DNA of 64,000 bases from Candidatus Spongiisociaceae bacterium (GCA_965202665.1 OZ241841.1:1568001-1632000), one strand, 5' to 3'. Shown: positions 19,690 through 29,564, counted from the stretch's first letter. Program-made: numbers and translations. The notes: generated by a model from the letters alone, not told the origin.

Positions 19690-22600
19690 ATGTCGGTTCG
19701 CGTGTCGGGGAAGGTTTGGCTTGTAGGATTGTTGGTGTTGGGTTTGACGGCGAGTTTGCTGGGTGCGGCTCCGCCGGGGGCGGTGGGGACGCATGGGGAT
19801 GATGCGGATGTTGATTATGAGCCATCGTATTCGGCCTGCGTGGGGGCGGCGACGGAGTCTTTCGGGTTTGAGGACACGGAGGGGTCGTTCGCGGAGGGGG
19901 CGATTGATTGTTTGGCGCATTATGGGATCACCACGGGACGGTCGGCGACGATGTTCGCTCCCAATGATTCGGTGTTGCGGTGGCAGATGGCCCTGTTTTT
20001 GGCGAGGGCGGCCGCGGCGGCGGGGATCGTGTTGGCGAACCCGGCGGCTGATCAGGGTTTCACGGATGTGGGGGCGGTGTCGGGGGAGGCCCGTAACGCT
20101 ATCAACGGTTTAGCGGCGGCGGGAATCATGCCTGGTGTGTCGCAGACGACGTTTAGTCCGAATAGTTCGGTGACGCGTGGTTCCATGGCTGTGTTGCTGG
20201 ACGCGTTTTTAGCGCGGGCGACGTTGGGGGCGGGGGCGTTTGGGGGTGAGATTGAGAAGTATTCGGATATAGAGGTGGATAATTTCAATGTGTTTAGCGA
20301 TATTGATGGGGTGTCGTTGAATACTTATAATGCGATTTATCGGATTTATGAGGTGGGGGTGACGCAGGGGGTGGGGGATCATCAGTTCGGGCCGGGTCGT
20401 AATGTGACGCGGGCGCAGATGGCGGCGTTCATCACCCGGGCGTTTGCGCACACCGTAGCCCGTCCGGCCGGGGTGTCCATACAAGCGGAGAAAGATTCGG
20501 TGCTGGGGGAATCATCGGTGCAACTTATCGTATCGGTGCGGGATGCGATGTTTCAGCCGGTGGTGGATGCGTCGGTGGATGTGTTCCGTTCCACCGATCC
20601 CGACAACGCGTTGAATGATGATGGCAGGTGTAATGCGGCCAGTGTTGGTCAGGTGGCTGGTATCGGCAGGGCGGCTTGTGAGGTGGATACGGGGGATGAG
20701 ACTACGGACGCGGCGGGGGATATCACCTCCTTGCAACTGCAGGTGTCGGATGCGGATGTGACGGTGTGGGCGTGGACCGGGGACCGGGCTGACAAGTTTG
20801 ATTCCGATGACACCACCGCCGCCCAGTTGACCGTCGGGTTTTCCAAGGCGGCCAGCCAGTTGTTGGTGACTGACAATTTGGAGGAGGGGCAGACCCGTTT
20901 GCAGTTCGGGGAGACGGCTACGCTGACGGTGCAGGTGGCTAATGAGGATGATGAGCCGGTGGCGGAGAAGGGGGTGGGGGTGAAGGTCGCCCAGGTTACT
21001 ACTCCGGATGTGAGCAAGGCGACGGAGACCAACTCGTCCACCAACACCTATACCACGGACGCTACCGGGAAGTTTCAGTTGTCGTTTACCCAGACCGATC
21101 CCAGTTCCGGTGATGATGAGGACGCAACGGTGGTGGTTACTTTGAGCGAACCGTCCTCTTATTCCCTCCAAGACGAAGACGGGACCGCGTTCTCCTCCAA
21201 GACCTACACCTGGTCCGATGATGTGGGGGTTCCGACCAAACTGGTGTTGGAAACCCGGCAGATGTGGGCCGAAGCGTCTGAAGAGGGCCGGGGGGCGGTG
21301 GCGTCGGTTACCGCCACTTTGACCGACCAGTTCGGCAACCCGGTGCGGGGCCAGCGAATTCATTTCTGGTCCGATGACCCAGCCGGGGTAAGCGAGAAAT
21401 CTGAAGATGCCCTGTTGACCAGGGTGCGGACCACCGCTGCCAGCGACGCCAACAATATCCATCGTGCTTTTCCCTTCACCGTGTTGCATAATCTGGTCGG
21501 TGAGGCTCAGTACGCGCGTACCACCAACCGGGCAGGCGCGGCCACATTGACCTACAACCGGGATGCGACGGCGGGTGTCATCGAGACGGTGCGGGCCCGG
21601 ATGATACGGGGGGAGGACGACGCTAAAAGAGAAAGCGGCGACGACCCCGATCTGTTAAGCGATAAAGTGTCTTTCTTTTGGGCTGAAGAGTTGGACGACG
21701 ACGATTCGGATTCTGGTCGAATTTTGGTGAAGGAGGAGGACGCCCGGCGGGTGGTGTTTGCGGCTGAGGATGGCCGGGTGAGAATGATCACCTACGATGG
21801 CAACGACCAGTTCCGGCGGGCGGGCGCTCCGATAACGAGTGCGGATTTTGAAAAATATCTGAAAGACACCGCCGCCCATATTACGGTCAACATTTATTCC
21901 GACACCGCAGGCGGCGTCAGTTCGTTCGACGCGACGGCGGAATGGCCGTCTACCGATCTGCCCAAAATTCCGGTTCCGACGGCGCTGGGCCGGACCGTCA
22001 CCAGGCTCCACAACGGAATGATTCATTACGCGGTGGATGGGGGCACGATCGTGGTTGGTTCTTTCTTGGAGAACAACTACGCCGGCGCGGTGTACGTTTA
22101 TGACGGGGTGGGCGATGAAACGCCCCAGAAGTTGACCGCCCCCACCCCGCAACCCACCACTTTCACCGGGGATTGGACTACCACTGCTTGGAACGTCAAG
22201 CCGTGGTCTCTCAACTTGGCGACTTCGGGAGGGCAGTTCGGTTATGCGGTGGATATCCGGGGCGACACCATCGTGGTGGGAGAGCCCGGTCGTTTGAGCA
22301 ACAGTGTCATAGCCGCTTCCCGCGTTCGTAATGGAGTGACCCAGACTAGCATCCGGAACGGGCGGGCAGCCGACGGCGCGGTTTACGTTTACACCAAGAA
22401 CAGTTCCGGAACCTGGGAGTTGGACGCCACTTTGACGGCTAACGGCTCCACTTTGCGCGGGGGACGGATACCGTTGAACGACTGGGGGGCGAGAGGGTTT
22501 CAGATGGGCCTGGCGGTGGCGGTCTCCGGCGACGAAACCCACATTGCGGCCAGCACTCCCGGCTTCTTAACCGTCCAAAGGCGGATAGGCGGGGCCTTCG

Positions 22601-23466
22601 TGTTTGAACGGCCCACCAGTGCTGCCAACGGCAAATGGGACGATGACAACGGGGCCAACTCGGACCGCTTTGAGCCGGGAGCCGACAACGTGAACGAAAA
22701 CCAAAATCGTTGGAGCGAGCTTTTCGGGGCGGACCGGGAGTTGGCGATCTCGAACAACGGACTGACGGTGGTGGTGGGGGCCAACCTTTTCAACCGAACA
22801 GTGGAGGGGGTGCGATACACCTGGGGGGGAGGGGCGTATATCTTTACCAGCACCAACTGGAATGACGGCGCGGCGGACATTTATGAACAGGACGCCGTCC
22901 TGAACTCCCCCAACCCGTTCTGGGCTGAGAAGTTTGGCCGGTCGGTGGCGGTGGACGATGACGGGTCGACGGTGGTGGTTTCCTCCAACTTCCGTCCCAA
23001 CATGTTGCGACGGGGCAACGCGCTGATCTACGAACGTCCAGCCGGACCTCTAGACAACGACCAATGGGAGGACGAGATGAATCCCACCGCTATCCTCACC
23101 GCCCCGGATCATCCAGACGCGCCTGATAATTGCACGGCCGCGTTGGGCCCGGTGCTGGGATGCAACGTTGGGGAGGTGTTCGGACAGTGGGTGGACATCA
23201 CCGGCGACGGCGAGAAGATCTTAGCCTCCCGGGGTTACCGGACCGAGGGCGCCCTGCGGGGTTCAACCCTTCTCTTCACCGAACCGTCCGGCGGCTGGTC
23301 GACGGTCACCGCCGACCGGCAACCCTCCAATGTGGAATATCTGGGTTCCGAACTGGAGGGGCTGTTTGGATGGCGCAACCATTTCGACCAAGCCAGCGAC
23401 AACGACGATATTTACTCCTATGAGGATCCCGAAGGCGGGATACTCATATACCAGATAACGCCTTAG
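19690..23466 (+). CDS. Large SLH/Ig/FG-GAP surface protein, paralogue 3
   Basis: Same architecture; C-terminal half closest to paralogue 2. Confidence 0.9.
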   Translation: MSVRVSGKVWLVGLLVLGLTASLLGAAPPGAVGTHGDDADVDYEPSYSACVGAATESFGFEDTEGSFAEGAIDCLAHYGITTGRSATMFAPNDSVLRWQMALFLARAAAAAGIVLANPAADQGFTDVGAVSGEARNAINGLAAAGIMPGVSQTTFSPNSSVTRGSMAVLLDAFLARATLGAGAFGGEIEKYSDIEVDNFNVFSDIDGVSLNTYNAIYRIYEVGVTQGVGDHQFGPGRNVTRAQMAAFITRAFAHTVARPAGVSIQAEKDSVLGESSVQLIVSVRDAMFQPVVDASVDVFRSTDPDNALNDDGRCNAASVGQVAGIGRAACEVDTGDETTDAAGDITSLQLQVSDADVTVWAWTGDRADKFDSDDTTAAQLTVGFSKAASQLLVTDNLEEGQTRLQFGETATLTVQVANEDDEPVAEKGVGVKVAQVTTPDVSKATETNSSTNTYTTDATGKFQLSFTQTDPSSGDDEDATVVVTLSEPSSYSLQDEDGTAFSSKTYTWSDDVGVPTKLVLETRQMWAEASEEGRGAVASVTATLTDQFGNPVRGQRIHFWSDDPAGVSEKSEDALLTRVRTTAASDANNIHRAFPFTVLHNLVGEAQYARTTNRAGAATLTYNRDATAGVIETVRARMIRGEDDAKRESGDDPDLLSDKVSFFWAEELDDDDSDSGRILVKEEDARRVVFAAEDGRVRMITYDGNDQFRRAGAPITSADFEKYLKDTAAHITVNIYSDTAGGVSSFDATAEWPSTDLPKIPVPTALGRTVTRLHNGMIHYAVDGGTIVVGSFLENNYAGAVYVYDGVGDETPQKLTAPTPQPTTFTGDWTTTAWNVKPWSLNLATSGGQFGYAVDIRGDTIVVGEPGRLSNSVIAASRVRNGVTQTSIRNGRAADGAVYVYTKNSSGTWELDATLTANGSTLRGGRIPLNDWGARGFQMGLAVAVSGDETHIAASTPGFLTVQRRIGGAFVFERPTSAANGKWDDDNGANSDRFEPGADNVNENQNRWSELFGADRELAISNNGLTVVVGANLFNRTVEGVRYTWGGGAYIFTSTNWNDGAADIYEQDAVLNSPNPFWAEKFGRSVAVDDDGSTVVVSSNFRPNMLRRGNALIYERPAGPLDNDQWEDEMNPTAILTAPDHPDAPDNCTAALGPVLGCNVGEVFGQWVDITGDGEKILASRGYRTEGALRGSTLLFTEPSGGWSTVTADRQPSNVEYLGSELEGLFGWRNHFDQASDNDDIYSYEDPEGGILIYQITP

Positions 23467-23489
23467 CCGTTTCACGCAACCCAACACGC

Positions 23490-23527
23490 CGGGAGGCCTC
23501 CCGCTAAAGCGGGGGGCTTCCTGTTTT
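23490..23527 (+). terminator. Intrinsic terminator
   Basis: GGGAGGCCTCCCGC-TAAA-GCGGGGGGCTTCC-TGTTTT. Confidence 0.75.
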
Positions 23528-23550
23528 GGGGAGGGGAGCGGGCGACGGGG

Positions 23551-24825
23551 TCAGCCGGGGCGCCGGGCGGCGGCGGCCCGCGCCGGGCGGGGGGAGCCGC
23601 CGTCGTCGATGGGCAGGTGGATGAGCATGGCGAACAGCCCCAGCCCTATGGCCGCCAGCCACACCGCCCGGTAGTCGCCGGTGGCGTCGAACAGGCGGCC
23701 TCCCAGCCACACTCCCAGAAACGACCCTATCTGATGGCTGAAAAACACCACGCCGAACATGGTGGACAGATACCGCACTCCGCCCAGGTGGGCGGCGGTG
23801 GCGGAAGTGAGGGGGACGGTGGCCAGCCAGACGAACCCGATGGCCGCCCCGAAGACGATGGCCGTGACCGGGGTGAGCGGGACGGCCAACAGCCCGATCA
23901 TCAGCGCGGTGCGGGCGGCGTAGAGGGCGGCCAGCAGGCTCCGTTTGCGGAAAAAGTTTCCGAGGTAGCCGAAGACCGCCGACCCGGCGATGTTGAACAG
24001 GCCGATGGCGGCCAGGGAAAAGGACGCCGCCCGCAAGGACAGGCCCCGGTCCGTCAGGTAGGCGGGAAGGTGGGTGGCTACGAACCCCACGTGAAACCCG
24101 CACACGAAGAAACCGGAGTTGAGCAACAGGTAGCTGCGGTTGAGGGCTTTCCCGGTCAGGGTTCGCAAAGACAGGTCGGTACCTTCTCCTCCGGCGGAGT
24201 CTTCCCGGCGTCCGGGAAAAGCCCAGGCCAGGGCGGCCATTACCACGGAAGAAGCGGCGATTATTCCGAAGGAGGGGCGCCACCCGACCAGTTCTATGGC
24301 CGCCTCGAAGGCGGGGGCCAGGACGAACATTCCCAGGGAGGCGGCGGCGGTTATCAACCCCAGGGCGGTGGTGCGTTGCGCTTCGGGGGCCAACTGCCCG
24401 ACGGCGGCGATCACCAACGCCAGGGAAACGGCGCTCATCCCCACTCCGGCGGCCACTCCCAACAGCAACACCAGCCCGGCCCCCGATTCCGCCGCCGACG
24501 CCCCCAGCATGGCCGCCCCATACACCGCCGACCCGGCCGCCAGGATGTAACGGTGGTTGAACCGGTCGGCCAGGTAGGCGGCGATGGGGAAGCCCATTAT
24601 CAGGTTGAGCAGGGCCACCGCCAGGCTGAAAGTTTCCCGGCCCGTTCCCAGGCCGTCGCTCACCGCCGGCAGGAACACCCCCAGCGAAGCCCGGGTTCCC
24701 ATAATCAAAAAAACGATCCCGGATCCGGCCGCGGTGACCCCCCATATTCCCCGCCCTCTTTTTCCGCTCCCGGAGAGCAGGGCGGAGGGGCTCCCGCCGG
24801 TCGGGCGGGGGGCGCGGTCGGTCAT
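23551..24825 (-). CDS. MFS transporter
   Basis: ~12 hydrophobic segments, LADRFNHR motif A-like, GFFVCGFHVGF. Confidence 0.92.
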   Translation of the reverse strand: MTDRAPRPTGGSPSALLSGSGKRGRGIWGVTAAGSGIVFLIMGTRASLGVFLPAVSDGLGTGRETFSLAVALLNLIMGFPIAAYLADRFNHRYILAAGSAVYGAAMLGASAAESGAGLVLLLGVAAGVGMSAVSLALVIAAVGQLAPEAQRTTALGLITAAASLGMFVLAPAFEAAIELVGWRPSFGIIAASSVVMAALAWAFPGRREDSAGGEGTDLSLRTLTGKALNRSYLLLNSGFFVCGFHVGFVATHLPAYLTDRGLSLRAASFSLAAIGLFNIAGSAVFGYLGNFFRKRSLLAALYAARTALMIGLLAVPLTPVTAIVFGAAIGFVWLATVPLTSATAAHLGGVRYLSTMFGVVFFSHQIGSFLGVWLGGRLFDATGDYRAVWLAAIGLGLFAMLIHLPIDDGGSPRPARAAAARRPG

Positions 24826-24856
24826 CGGCGGCCTTTCCGGGTCGGGGCGGCGGCGG

Positions 24857-26386
24857 TTATCCGGAGGCCCGGAAGTCGGCCAGCATTTTCTGTTTCAGAT
24901 CGGACAGGCCGGGGCTGAGCGACACATGATATATGTGCGGGTTGACCAGGCGGCGCACCCCGGGGTCCAGCCTTTCCAAGTCGGCCGCCCGCCGGGACTG
25001 CGCTTCCGCCACCCCCCCCAGTTGGAAAACCCGCCGCCCCCGGTCCAGCATCAACTGTTGCAAAGGCTCCACTTCCGACACCTGTTCGGCGCGCAAAGAG
25101 CGGTGGATGTCGGGGAACATGGGATGCACCAGCTCCAGGGGGCGCCGGTTCGGGTCATAGGAGTCCAAGGTGATCAGATCGGCGGTGGCCCGTCCCCGCC
25201 GGTCGTAGATGCGCCACAGGGATTTGCGGCCTGGTATGGGTATTTTGGCCGGTGTTTCCGAAATTTTGATGGCCGGAACCATCTCGGCCTCCCCGTGCGC
25301 GGCCACCAGTTTGAACACCCCGTCCAGGTAGGGGGCGCCGTAGGAGGCGGCCATCCGCGAACCCACCCCGTAGGCCAGGCGGTCCAGCAACTTTCCGGCG
25401 TCCACCCCGTAGCGGGGGGCTTCGTCGATGATCTGGTTGCGTATCTGCCATATGGTCAGTTCGTCCAGTTGGGTGGACAGGACGATGGAGGTTTCCCCAA
25501 ATCCGGCTTCGTCCAGCATGGCCGCCGTCCGCACCGCCAAATGGGCCAGATCCCCCGAATCCAAACGCACCCCTTTCGGCTTGTGCCCCCGGCGGCGCAG
25601 TTCTTCGAACACGGTGATGGCGTTGGGGACGCCCGATTCCAAAGTGTCGATGGTGTCCACCAGCAGCACGCAGTCGTCCGGATAGAGGTCGGCGTAGGCC
25701 CGGAAGGCCTCCACTTCCCCTCCGGCCAGGGCCATGAACACCTGGATCATGGAATGGCCGTGGGTGCCTTTGGGGGGCGACCCCAGTTGGTGGGACATTC
25801 CGAAGTTGGAGGAGCCGACCGCCCCTCCGATGAGAGCGGCCCGGGCGGCGGCGTTGGCGGCCGACCCGGGGGCGCGGCGCATTCCGAAGTCGATTACGTC
25901 CCCCCCGCCCGCCGCTTCCACCGCCCGGGAGGCTTTGGTGGCCACCAAAGTCGGATAGTTCAGTTGGTTGAGCAGGGGGGTTTCCAGAATCTGGGCGATG
26001 GCCAGCGGGGCTTCCACGGTGGCCACCGGGGTGTGGGCGTGGACGATGCGGCCTTCGGGAACGGCCCGCAAGGTGACTTGCCGGAACGTTCCGGCTTCCA
26101 GCAACCAGTCCAGGAAGCCGTCGGCGAACAGGGGTTGGCCGGAGCCGGAGCGCACCTCGGCCAGGGCTTGCCGGTCGGTTTCCCCCATCCGGGTTTGCCC
26201 CATCCAATCCAAAAGCGGCCCCAGCCCGGCGGTTACGCAATATCCGGCCCGATGGCTTCCGTAGTCGGGATAGGAGCGGAAAACGTAGTCGAACAGGGCG
26301 CGGCGTTCGGCCAGCCCGTAGCGGTGGTAGAGCTGGGCCATAGTCAGCTGATAGTGGTCGGTGAATAGGAATCCGTCGGAGGGCAC
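24857..26386 (-). CDS. pncB: Nicotinate phosphoribosyltransferase
   Basis: TDHYQLTM, DFGMRRA, GTHGHS, LVDTID, VRLDSGD; start moved to GTG 26386 to avoid overlap with pncA. Confidence 0.93.
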   Translation of the reverse strand: MPSDGFLFTDHYQLTMAQLYHRYGLAERRALFDYVFRSYPDYGSHRAGYCVTAGLGPLLDWMGQTRMGETDRQALAEVRSGSGQPLFADGFLDWLLEAGTFRQVTLRAVPEGRIVHAHTPVATVEAPLAIAQILETPLLNQLNYPTLVATKASRAVEAAGGGDVIDFGMRRAPGSAANAAARAALIGGAVGSSNFGMSHQLGSPPKGTHGHSMIQVFMALAGGEVEAFRAYADLYPDDCVLLVDTIDTLESGVPNAITVFEELRRRGHKPKGVRLDSGDLAHLAVRTAAMLDEAGFGETSIVLSTQLDELTIWQIRNQIIDEAPRYGVDAGKLLDRLAYGVGSRMAASYGAPYLDGVFKLVAAHGEAEMVPAIKISETPAKIPIPGRKSLWRIYDRRGRATADLITLDSYDPNRRPLELVHPMFPDIHRSLRAEQVSEVEPLQQLMLDRGRRVFQLGGVAEAQSRRAADLERLDPGVRRLVNPHIYHVSLSPGLSDLKQKMLADFRASG

Positions 26387-26423
26387 GGTTAATACGATAC
26401 CCCTTTCCCGTATAATTGGGGGC

Positions 26424-27014
26424 ATGCGGGAGTATGACCGGGGGGCGGCTTTGGTGGTGGTGGACGTCCAAAACGATTTCGCCGACCCGTCCGGGGCCTT
26501 GTACGTGCCGGGGGGGGATGAGCGGGTGGTTCCCGCCGTGAACCGGGAGACGGAGGCGGCGGTTGCAGCCGGGGCGGGGGTGTTTTATTCGCAGGACTGG
26601 CATCCGCCCCGCACTCCCCATTTTGACATCGACGGCGGGTTGTGGCCGGTGCACTGCGTGGCCGGAACCTGGGGGGCCCGGTTTCATCCCGGGTTGGGGG
26701 AGTTGGCCGGTCCGGTGATACGCAAAGGAACGGGGGGCGAAGACGGATATTCGGCTTTCACGATGGCCGACCCGCAGTCCGGGGAGACCGCCCCCACCGG
26801 TTTGGAGGAGATGTTGCGGGAGGAGGGGCGGCGGCGGGTGACGGTGGTCGGTTTGGCCTTGGATTACTGCGTGAAAGCCACCGCCCTAGACGCGGCCGCC
26901 GCCGGTTTCGCGGTAACGGTCCCGCTGTCCGCCACCGCCGCCGTAAACCTAAACCCCGCCGACGGCGAAAAAGCAATAACCGAACTAACCCAAGCCGGCA
27001 TAACCATCCTCTGA
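26424..27014 (+). CDS. pncA: Nicotinamidase (isochorismatase family)
   Basis: VVDVQNDF, QDWH, WPVHCV, GLALDYCV; divergent from pncB. Confidence 0.92.
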   Translation: MREYDRGAALVVVDVQNDFADPSGALYVPGGDERVVPAVNRETEAAVAAGAGVFYSQDWHPPRTPHFDIDGGLWPVHCVAGTWGARFHPGLGELAGPVIRKGTGGEDGYSAFTMADPQSGETAPTGLEEMLREEGRRRVTVVGLALDYCVKATALDAAAAGFAVTVPLSATAAVNLNPADGEKAITELTQAGITIL

Positions 27015-27197
27015 CCTAGGGAGGGCGACAACGCCCCGCCAGACTGTTTGTTTTGTTTAGTACGGTCGGATGCGTGGTGGACTGACGGAAAAAGGGTGAT
27101 TTTTACTACGACAGAGTCCCCAAAAGGTGTTCGTTGACTATTATAATCCAACGAAGATATTTTCATTATTCATGGCTGTTGCATATTTATTGTATCC

Positions 27198-27326
27198 GCA
27201 GGTCAGAGGTTGTTTCCAGATTCCCGGTTTCTTAATATTTTTTTCGCGTTCTTCAAAACTGCAGGTCAGAGGCGTCTTTTGTTTTCAACCCTTTTCGAAC
27301 CCAGTTTTAACAAACCCGCAGGTCAG
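27198..27326 (+). repeat. Three GCAGGTCAG direct repeats in an AT-rich intergenic tract
   Basis: Copies at 27198, 27261 and 27318, separated by T-rich runs. Confidence 0.75.
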
Positions 27327-27945
27327 GGCATATGTCCCTTTTTTATGCACGCGTTTATGCACCCTTAATTAGGTAGAAGCACCGGTAAAAGCCGGTTCGT
27401 GAGCGAGGAGGTTCTTATGTGGAACATTCCGGAAGGGGTTCGGGTGGTGAATGTGGGTTCCGCGTATGTGGGATGGACGGGTGGATGGTCTACGCTGACC
27501 GGCAGGCACCGCCTTCGGTTTTGTAGAGGAGGCATCAGGGCGGGTGGCGACGGTACGTCCGCGGCTTGCAGTTGGCGGAGGGCCTCGTAGGTGTTCATGT
27601 CCCCCACCCCCGTCTCGTCGGCTGCGAGGGGCAGCTGGGAGAAGGAACCGGTTCCCTCAGTCCAGGTTACGGAGAAGGAACCTTCCCCATCCCCCGATGC
27701 CCGGTAACACCAGGCCAGCACACCTTGCGGTAGGGAGACGGTCTTGGTGAAGTTTCCGTCCCCGTGCCATTGGAATCCGGCGAAGTCCTCCGGGGCTTCA
27801 TTTTCCTAGCCGGGACCTCGATATCCAAAGAACAGGCGGAAAGCAGGGGCAACAGCCGCCGTTGCGATAATGACACTAATGTATTTCATGGACGAAAGGT
27901 TAATCTCCGGGCCGATGAAACCCGGATTTGGACGAAAGGGAAATA

Positions 27946-28365
27946 ATGTCTGACAACCTGAACGAATTTCGCCCCAAAGATGCCAACTCCATCGGGGACA
28001 CGCCCCCCGACCCGTGCTATTACCGGACGGACGGATGGAGCGCGGGACGTTTCGACTACGAGAGAGATCCTGACTCTGAAGGCGGGCCGCCCTCCGGGAA
28101 GGTTGCGCGGGTGTGGTTGTTTTCTCCGATGTTGCGTGACGAAGCCGGGAAAAACATTAAAGGCTCCGCCACCGAATATCAGGTGCAGCGCAACGGCGAA
28201 TATCTCTTCCCGCAAGACGAGGCGATGAGCCTGGTGTCAGCTATACAAAAACGTGGGCGGGTAAGCGACCTTCCACGCGAGGTGCGGTTGGTAGCGCAGT
28301 CCAGCAAAAGGGTACTTGTGGGCGGCCACGCTGCCGGAAAAGGGTGGCCTGTTCCCTCCGCCTAA
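27946..28365 (+). CDS. Hypothetical protein (139 aa)
   Basis: ATG after GAAAGGGA; plausible composition; no recognisable motif. Confidence 0.55.
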   Translation: MSDNLNEFRPKDANSIGDTPPDPCYYRTDGWSAGRFDYERDPDSEGGPPSGKVARVWLFSPMLRDEAGKNIKGSATEYQVQRNGEYLFPQDEAMSLVSAIQKRGRVSDLPREVRLVAQSSKRVLVGGHAAGKGWPVPSA

Positions 28366-28376
28366 CCGGCGGGGGC

Positions 28377-28452
28377 GGTGGAGACAAAGGGATTCGAACC
28401 CCCGACCTCCTCATTGCGAGTGAGGCGCTCTTCCAGACTGAGCTACGGCCCC
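28377..28452 (-). tRNA. tRNA-Ala(CGC)
   Basis: GGGGCCGTAGCTCAG...CCTCA-CTCGCAA-TGAGG...GGTTCGAATCC; G3:U70 identity pair; imperfect 3' half. Confidence 0.9.
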
Positions 28453-28475
28453 GTGAATATTGGGTTTACTGTCCG

Positions 28476-28550
28476 CGCCCCCGGAAGGAGATTCGAACCT
28501 TCGGCCAAGAGATTAGAAGGCTCTTGCTCTATCCGCTGAGCTACGAGGAC
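28476..28550 (-). tRNA. tRNA-Arg(TCT) with 2-nt insertion in the T arm
   Basis: GTCCTCGTAGCTCAG...CTTCTAA anticodon loop...GAAGGTTCGAAT-CT-CCTTC. Confidence 0.8.
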
Positions 28551-28664
28551 GGAGCAGGGCGCAACCGTCGAATGTCGCCAATGATTTTTGAGCAACCGTT
28601 TGACCTTCGAATCCGACTGCGGGAATGCTATAGCCAAGTCTTCCAGTGGTGCGGAGAAGCGGAT

Positions 28665-28764
28665 GGTGGCTGGGCCGTGAACAGCACCCGCCGGTGCTCC
28701 GGCCCGAGTCCACCGGATCCGGCAATGTGACTGGGGGGCCGGTTTCTTGCGCGATATCGCAAGC
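28665..28764 (+). pseudogene. Degenerate partial duplicate of the downstream DUF433 gene
   Basis: Matches 28878-28994 with small deletions and substitutions. Confidence 0.8.
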
Positions 28765-28819
28765 TCCATGTTCTTAGGAAGGGAGGGCGACGCTGAACAA
28801 TGAAAACTTGGGCCGTGAG

Positions 28820-29458
28820 ATGTATTCGGCAGCGGAGGCGGCCCGCCTGCTCAGCGTTTCCTCGGCGACTCTGCGTCGGTGGCTGGAGGGCCGTGAACAG
28901 TATTCGCCGGTGCTCCGGCCCGAGCCCACCGGATCCGGCAATGTGACTTGGGGGGAGTTTGTGGAGGCCGGTTTCCTGCGCGAATATGGCAAGCGTCGCA
29001 GCCTGCAACATCTACGACCGGTTATCGCCCGGTTGCGGGCGGAATTTGATGTTTTGTACCCGCTTGCCACTGGTCAGCCCTTCGTAGGTCCGGGAATGGG
29101 TTTAACTCTGCGAACTCAACGCAACGAGAACCTTCCCGATGAGTTGGCCATCGTTCATGAGATCGTTTCGGGGCAGTTGGTTCTTACGCCCTTAACCAGC
29201 CGGTTTTTGGAGAGAGTCGATTTTTCTGAGGAGCCGCCCTATGGGTCGTTGCGGATTTTTCCGATGGGCAAGGATTCGCCAGTGGTCATCGATCCTGAAT
29301 ATTCATTCGGTTCCCCCACGGTGCGCGGCATCCGGACGGAGGTCATCGCCGAGTTGGTGGAGGCCGGTGAGGATATTGATGAAGTCGCTGAAGATTTTTC
29401 CTTGAAAGCCGTAGAAGTCCGGGCGGCGGTAGCCTACGAATGGCAACTGGCGGCCTGA
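28820..29458 (+). CDS. HTH + DUF433 protein (VapB45/Rv2018-like antitoxin)
   Basis: MYSAAEAARLL...TLRRW HTH; VIDPEYSFGSPTVRGIRTE...VAEDF DUF433 motif; start may be the TTG at 28808. Confidence 0.85.
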   Translation: MYSAAEAARLLSVSSATLRRWLEGREQYSPVLRPEPTGSGNVTWGEFVEAGFLREYGKRRSLQHLRPVIARLRAEFDVLYPLATGQPFVGPGMGLTLRTQRNENLPDELAIVHEIVSGQLVLTPLTSRFLERVDFSEEPPYGSLRIFPMGKDSPVVIDPEYSFGSPTVRGIRTEVIAELVEAGEDIDEVAEDFSLKAVEVRAAVAYEWQLAA

Positions 29459-29526
29459 CATCCCGCATCCCCCCGGCGTGTGAACATTTGGGATTGGCTA
29501 CTGGAAGAGGGGTACTCCTTAAACGC

Positions 29527-29564
29527 GAGCCGGGCTGCTCACCGTCCGGTGAGCAGCCCGGCTC
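29527..29564. terminator. Perfect 17-bp hairpin between convergent genes
   Basis: GAGCCGGGCTGCTCACC-GTCC-GGTGAGCAGCCCGGCTC. Confidence 0.7.

Noticed and set aside
11599-23466. Diversity-generating retroelement acting on the surface proteins
   Set aside because: No reverse transcriptase or template repeat; differences are segmental, not adenine-specific
27125-27160. Possible dif site or oriC
   Set aside because: No convincing XerD arm (TTATGTNAA); only two imperfect DnaA-box-like words and no dnaA or dnaN nearby
27365-27721. Short ORFs on both strands in the tRNA-adjacent islet
   Set aside because: They overlap, lack recognisable motifs, and I cannot tell which, if any, is real
27890-27945. 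Hammerhead-like words (CCGATGA...GAAA) and a TGGACGAAAGG direct repeat
   Set aside because: Core is not CTGATGA and stem II does not form; only a simple TCCGGG/CCCGGA hairpin
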